From: a virus
IMG/VR virus record: IMGVR_UViG_3300045988_040265
Span: 1-56,242 of that record
DNA length: 56,242 bases
Reading direction: 5' to 3' (one strand)
Below, piece by piece: positions 51,797 to 56,242 of this stretch. Below the pieces are notes generated by a model. That model did not search any database. It was not told where the DNA came from and saw only the letters and a program-made list of their open reading frames with translations. The number at the start of each line of letters is the position of its first letter. The stretch's first letter is position 1. The position numbers and the translations under genes are program-made.

Positions 51797-52414
51797 CTAC
51801 ATTTTAGAGACAAGTGTACTTAACTTTGATTTTGCTAAGTTTTTTTCTTCCGGAATCATACCTGCAATTAACTCTGTCAGATCGTCTGACAATTCACGCA
51901 TATAAGTTTCCAGATCATGCATTTTTGCTTCCTTGTCCTGCTGCGTATTAGCCTTGTGTGCATCTCTTGTATTCATGTACGTTCTTCTGCTCATTCCACT
52001 CTTTCCTTCTCTGGAATCATGCATATGAGTAGGCTCTGTATAATACATACGTCCATATGGTTCTCTGTCCATATCCCTGTACATTTCAGGTGTCATATGC
52101 CACATAGGTTCATCGTAATTTCTACGATACGTTCCTCTTCCCTTTGGTGCAAATCTTCCATCTTCGTACCGGTAATGATCGTAAAATCTCTTATCTCGTC
52201 CATATCTGTCAAACATCTTTAAGATTTCTTCATCTTCTGATTCATCCATAGTCTTGGCCAACGTCCGATAATACATAGCTTCTGCAAGGTCTTTTATCAT
52301 GTCTATAACTTTTCCCATCTCGCAAGTATCAACACTTTCAAGTCCCTTATCAAACTGTGATTTCGTACATTCAGTAAGTTTTTCAATCATATCATGCATT
52401 CTTTTAATATCCAT
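51797..52414 (-). CDS. Hypothetical protein rich in Arg/Tyr/Met/Asp
   Basis: ..RFYDHYRYEDGRFAPKGRGTYRRNYDEPMWHMTPEMYRDMDREPYGRMYY.. Confidence 0.6.
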   Translation of the reverse strand: MDIKRMHDMIEKLTECTKSQFDKGLESVDTCEMGKVIDMIKDLAEAMYYRTLAKTMDESEDEEILKMFDRYGRDKRFYDHYRYEDGRFAPKGRGTYRRNYDEPMWHMTPEMYRDMDREPYGRMYYTEPTHMHDSREGKSGMSRRTYMNTRDAHKANTQQDKEAKMHDLETYMRELSDDLTELIAGMIPEEKNLAKSKLSTLVSKM

Positions 52415-52415
52415 G

Positions 52416-52832
52416 TTATTTTGCCCCCTTTACTGTCGAAGATTGCGTAACAGGTGTACTATCACCATTAATCGCAGTTAAACGATTGTCTGGAGAACAG
52501 CATGGATTTCCAAGCATTCTAAACAATCCGGAATTGTTAGTTGTTTCAACGATTGTTGAATATCTTGTGCGTGTTCTAAGTCCACATGCCGTAACATGTC
52601 TACAATTTCTCTTTACTAACGGATAAAGTACCGCTCCACCGCCAATTGTAATATAAACAGGAGCATTGATTGTTGTTGCATCTGGTATTGACTGTGCTAC
52701 AACGATACATACTTTTCTATTATTTGCGTAACTTCCGGCAGGCAAGTCAATAACAAGGTTTCCACCTGTAAAAGTTACAGAATTTGAAATTATAAAATTG
52801 TCACATAAATGACATACATTTTTACAACTCAT
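52416..52832 (-). CDS. Hypothetical beta-rich protein bracketed by Cys clusters
   Basis: MSCKNVCHLC...GNPCCSPDN; AGGAGG RBS before the ATG at 52832. Confidence 0.6.
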   Translation of the reverse strand: MSCKNVCHLCDNFIISNSVTFTGGNLVIDLPAGSYANNRKVCIVVAQSIPDATTINAPVYITIGGGAVLYPLVKRNCRHVTACGLRTRTRYSTIVETTNNSGLFRMLGNPCCSPDNRLTAINGDSTPVTQSSTVKGAK

Positions 52833-52881
52833 ATATATACCTCCTAAAAGTAAAGGGCAGATTTTCACCTGCCCTTAAAAA

Positions 52882-53103
52882 TCAAACCTTTTGGCGAAAA
52901 TCGGATAAAATATTAAGTATTTCATTCTGATTCTGAATTATCTTATCAAGGTATTCCCTGTCTTGCTTCTGCAACTCTCTCAACAAATCATCGTTAGATG
53001 TCTGCATCTGGTCATTCTGATAACCGATCATTTGCAGGATTACAGAAAATACATTAAGTGCATCAAGGTAAGATAATCCGTTTGTGCTTTGATTGTTATT
53101 CAT
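52882..53103 (-). CDS. Hypothetical Gln/Asn-rich helical protein (73 aa)
   Basis: The ATG overlaps the upstream TAA (TAATG). Confidence 0.5.
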   Translation of the reverse strand: MNNNQSTNGLSYLDALNVFSVILQMIGYQNDQMQTSNDDLLRELQKQDREYLDKIIQNQNEILNILSDFRQKV

Positions 53104-53888
53104 TAACAACCACATCCGTTGTTATATCCACACCCATATGCATATGCATTTGGATTAGGTACAACGTATGCCGGGATTGCAGTAGGATTTACTGCATTAA
53201 TAATCTGGCTTGTCTGTGCAGTCATGGCGTTAGTCAGAAGTGCGTTCTGTCTATCCTGTGAAGCAGCTCTTCTCAAATCGTTATTCTCTGCCTGTAAGGT
53301 TGCAATCTTGTCATTTGTCAGGAAGTCAAGGATAGCCCTCGTTCCTGCCTGCTGGCTGTCAATAATATCTCTTGTATTATTGTTCATTGTGTTCTGTAAA
53401 GCACAAGTGTTAGTTGCCATGTTGTAGTTTACACCCTGGATGGCTTCTCTCGTCTCGCAGCAGCAGTTAGCAAGCTGTGACTGTAAAGCATTGGTGTTCT
53501 GCATATTAGCGACTGTATCAGCATTAATAGCCTGCTGAATGCCATAACCGGTCTGCATGATATTTGTGTTAATACCATTAAAACCTGTGAGCATACTGTT
53601 GTTCATAGCATAGAAACCATCGCAAAGTCCGTTAGAAATGCCATCTAACTTGCTAATGACTGCGGAATTGTCAAATCCTCTCTGAATATCAGCCTGAGTA
53701 GCTGCAGTAGCGACATAACCGCCATTACCGCCAAAACCTCCGCCAAATCCATTATTTCCCCATCCAAACAACAGGGCGAATACAACGATTATCCACAACC
53801 AACCACCGTCTCCCCAGCCGGCTCCAGAACCATAATTTGAGCCAGCAGGTGTAACCGGCATCATGAAAGGTGTATTTGATTCAAACAT
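53103..53888 (-). CDS. Hypothetical membrane-anchored Gly/Asn/Gln-rich protein with Cys clusters
   Basis: GGWLWIIVVFALLFGWGNNGFGGGFGGNGG..., CCCETRE, C-terminal YGCGYNNGCGC. Confidence 0.65.
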   Translation of the reverse strand: MFESNTPFMMPVTPAGSNYGSGAGWGDGGWLWIIVVFALLFGWGNNGFGGGFGGNGGYVATAATQADIQRGFDNSAVISKLDGISNGLCDGFYAMNNSMLTGFNGINTNIMQTGYGIQQAINADTVANMQNTNALQSQLANCCCETREAIQGVNYNMATNTCALQNTMNNNTRDIIDSQQAGTRAILDFLTNDKIATLQAENNDLRRAASQDRQNALLTNAMTAQTSQIINAVNPTAIPAYVVPNPNAYAYGCGYNNGCGC

Positions 53889-53941
53889 ACCATTTTACCT
53901 CCTAAAAAAATTATTTATACGTAATCTTGCAAGAATTAGTA

Positions 53942-54175
53942 TCATATTCCAAATTTCTGTTTATATGAATTGTATATTTCATCTGCATTTATTCCCTTTT
54001 CTTTGCAGAGATTTCTGGCCATCTGTTCAATGCCGTTCATGTCTCCCTTTTGAGCCATTTCAATTGTGTTTTTAGCCATAGGATTTTGCATAATTTGGCT
54101 ATTTCCAATCATGCTTTGCATAAACTGTTGAGGATTCCCATTTTTAGCCATCTGAAAAATATTAAGTAGATTCAT
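53942..54175 (-). CDS. Hypothetical Met/Gln/Asn-rich protein (77 aa)
   Basis: ORF. Confidence 0.5.
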   Translation of the reverse strand: MNLLNIFQMAKNGNPQQFMQSMIGNSQIMQNPMAKNTIEMAQKGDMNGIEQMARNLCKEKGINADEIYNSYKQKFGI

Positions 54176-54195
54176 TCAAAATCACCACTTTCTTT

Positions 54196-54705
54196 TTAAT
54201 CTTGGACTAAATCTTGACTAATCTTTGACTTAGATGCTGTTTTGGTTGTAGATTTAGTCAAAGACGATTCTAAGCTGCATAACTTTGTTTCTATCTCATC
54301 AAAACGTTTCATAATACCATCTGTAACCTCTTCTGATAGGCTTATTTTCGATTCTGAACCGATGTTTGATGTATTTATACCATTGTTGTTTGAAACAGGC
54401 TTAAAAACGGTTGTGCGGATTGTACCATCTGCATTCCAACCTTTAACATAAATTTCTGACAAGTCCTGTTTAGGGAAAAATGCCATTGAACCATCCATAG
54501 GTACTTCGTTTGCATTTATATTTTCAAGCTCCTGCACAACTCTTCCGTTTATCCCAACGTTTTGAACCGCCTGTTGCGGTTGCGAAAATTGAGGAAATTG
54601 CTGATCGTAGCTTTGCATCCTCTGCTGAGCTGAAATCATAGGATTATATGAAAATGGTTGCGTATATCCAATTTGCGGATTATACATTGTCGGATTCATC
54701 TGCAT
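54196..54705 (-). CDS. Hypothetical protein with a Gln/Pro-rich N-terminus
   Basis: The ATG at 54705 follows GAGGAGG; MQMNPTMYNPQIGYTQPFSYNP.. Confidence 0.6.
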   Translation of the reverse strand: MQMNPTMYNPQIGYTQPFSYNPMISAQQRMQSYDQQFPQFSQPQQAVQNVGINGRVVQELENINANEVPMDGSMAFFPKQDLSEIYVKGWNADGTIRTTVFKPVSNNNGINTSNIGSESKISLSEEVTDGIMKRFDEIETKLCSLESSLTKSTTKTASKSKISQDLVQD

Positions 54706-54826
54706 TATCTTCAACCTCCTCAAGAACATCTTCTATTGCGTGAATTACTTCTGATTGTGTTTGCAGGTCTAATCTTTGCAATTCTTTTCTCATAAATATC
54801 TTTTCTAAAACTTCATCTGAAAACAT
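54680..54826 (-). CDS. Possible small acidic ORF (48 aa), first gene of the cargo operon
   Basis: GGAGG RBS; hand translation MFSDEVLEKIFMRKELQRLDLQTQSEV... Confidence 0.4.
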   Translation of the reverse strand: MFSDEVLEKIFMRKELQRLDLQTQSEVIHAIEDVLEEVEDNADESDNV

Positions 54827-54867
54827 AAGAATCAACCTCCTTATGATTAAATTTTTGCATAAAAAAA

Positions 54868-54934
54868 GACGGTAAAACCGTCAAAAAACCGCCAATATAA
54901 ATTTTTAAAATAAAAAAAGAACGCAAAAACGTTC
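54868..54934 (-). terminator. Two tandem intrinsic terminators downstream of int/attP
   Basis: GACGG-taaaa-CCGTC (54868-54882) and GAACG-caaaaa-CGTTC (54919-54934). Each is followed by a T-run on the minus sense. Confidence 0.65.
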
Positions 54935-54970
54935 AAAAATAATTTAATATAATAAGTATCAATTTGCTAC

Positions 54971-55189
54971 TTGATTACCTCGTTGATTACCTTTCACTTT
55001 TTCACCTATTTTAGGTGATACCATACAAGTCTCCTTTCCCTAGTATTTACAAGGCTTTCAGACCGTTTCTCTATATTCTAAAATAATGAGACACGGGGGA
55101 TTCGAACCCCGCCGCAATTCCTCTAAAGCCTTGATTTTCCTAACTTTTTTGGTTTTCATTTTGATTACCATGATTACTTTTTGATTACT
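54971..55189. promoter_or_regulatory. attP candidate: tRNA 3'-end-like core (55087-55115) flanked by TTGATTAC arm-type repeats
   Basis: Core minus sense GCGGCGGGG-TTCGAAT-CCCCC-GTGTCTC-A. TTGATTAC(C/T) occurs at 54971, 54983, 55161 and 55181, with ATGATTACT at 55170. Inverted repeat TCACCTA-ttt-TAGGTGA at 55002-55018. Confidence 0.6.
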
Positions 55190-56242
55190 TATGCAGAAAA
55201 AGCACTCTCAATAATCCGCTCTGCTTCTTCTCTGCTTTTGTTGTTGTAGTAATAAAAAGCTCTAGTAGTCTTAATGTCTGTGTGACCCATCTGTGATATT
55301 GTAATGTTATCAGGAACACCTGCATCAATAAGGTGAGTACCGTATGTCATTCTTGCCTTATGTCCCGATCTCCTCTGAATTTTCAGATCATCGCATATAC
55401 GATATAATTTTTCCGTAAATGCGTGTCCTCGCATCCTTTTACCAGACTTGGTAAAAATGTACTCATTACAACTACCACTTATTTCTTTGATTTTTTTCAA
55501 CAAATTAATTGTCTGTTTGGTTATTATAACATTTCTAAATCCAGCATCCGTTTTTGGAAAATCCCTTACTTCAAAAATGTAATTTCCATCATCATCTTTG
55601 TAGCGTATCTCCGTTTTGCTGATATTAATAGAATTTTCATTTATATCCGACCATTTTAAGGATGATAACTCTCCAACTCTCATGCCTGTTTGAAATGCTA
55701 AAAGAACACCATATAAAAGCAATGATGGTTCCTGATTTAAGATGTAATCCGCTATCATTCTTTCTTCTTCGGCGGTGAATACTTTCAAACTATCATCAAC
55801 ATATTTCTTTGTGAAAATCTTCTTTGACAAGTCAAGATCTCCCATGAAATTTGTTATACTGATATTTGTGTATCCTTTTTTCTTTCCATATTTGAAAATT
55901 CCATTAATTAACGTTCTAAGTCCGCTCCAAGCCTTAGATGTAAGATTCATAGAATGAATCGTTGTTTTTATAAATTCTTCAAGCAAATCTTCTGTAATGA
56001 ACCTAAATTCAATTTCAGAAATGAAAGAGTTTTTAATATACCTATCATAGTCGGTTGAATATCTATCATATGTCTGCCGTTGAATCTCTCCATAACTTAA
56101 TTTGCTTTCAATCCACATATTATATACATCTTCAATATAAGGCTCATTTGACATGTTTTTGTAATAATCTACAATTGCATCTTCAATAGCGGATTCGTTA
56201 GTCCTTTTCAGAAGCCTTCTTCCGGATTTCGAATGTTTATCA
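55189..56242 (-). CDS. int: Tyrosine integrase (catalytic body). The ORF is open to the window end and continues at 289->1; full length 407 aa.
   Basis: RVGELSSLKWSDI, HKARMTYGTHL, GHTDIKTTRAFYY (R..HxxR..Y-type motifs). Confidence 0.9.
   Translation of the reverse strand, partial: DKHSKSGRRLLKRTNESAIEDAIVDYYKNMSNEPYIEDVYNMWIESKLSYGEIQRQTYDRYSTDYDRYIKNSFISEIEFRFITEDLLEEFIKTTIHSMNLTSKAWSGLRTLINGIFKYGKKKGYTNISITNFMGDLDLSKKIFTKKYVDDSLKVFTAEEERMIADYILNQEPSLLLYGVLLAFQTGMRVGELSSLKWSDINENSINISKTEIRYKDDDGNYIFEVRDFPKTDAGFRNVIITKQTINLLKKIKEISGSCNEYIFTKSGKRMRGHAFTEKLYRICDDLKIQRRSGHKARMTYGTHLIDAGVPDNITISQMGHTDIKTTRAFYYYNNKSREEAERIIESAFSA
56124..56242. repeat. Second copy of the terminal redundancy (same as 1-119)
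   Basis: Identical sequence. Confidence 0.95.

Overview
This window is a complete, circularly closed genome (about 56.1 kb) of a temperate, AT-rich tailed phage. The module order is siphovirus-like and the host is probably a low-GC Gram-positive (Bacillota/Clostridia-like). Bases 1-119 repeat 56124-56242, and the tyrosine integrase ORF reads through that junction, so the window is one 56,123-bp genome unit plus an assembly overlap. Almost all genes are on the minus strand. A long early operon runs 22571 -> 282 and ends in the integrase. It carries an antirepressor, a SleB-like hydrolase, OB-fold/SSB proteins, an SMC/Rad50-like ATPase, RecT, an MBL-fold protein, a methyltransferase, Lar, HNH and GIY-YIG nucleases, YopX, a replication initiator and loader, and Zn-ribbon proteins. 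A late operon runs 46489 -> 24967 with terS, MazG, tRNAs, terL, portal, capsid, tail, tape measure, fibre and an amidase endolysin. A plus-strand lysogeny module (22722-24930) has palindromic operators, and an accessory region (about 46.9-54.8 kb) lies next to attP. The stand-out element is a complete diversity-generating retroelement (DGR): RT 14549-15598, TR core 15681-15746 and Avd 15771-16142. It has two adenine-mutagenised variable repeats in two tandem ~200-aa genes (16147-17357). These genes sit inside the early recombination operon, not in the tail module. Other notable items are tRNA-like acceptor/T-arm minihelices abutting stop codons, a ~190-nt structured intergenic RNA beside tRNA-Ile(UAU), three separate operator/promoter switches and repeated gene-junction sequences. 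There is also a recently converted, frameshifted paralogue and a Cys/Gly/Gln-rich cargo operon of unknown function. All functional calls come from motif recognition by eye; no database search or folding program was run.
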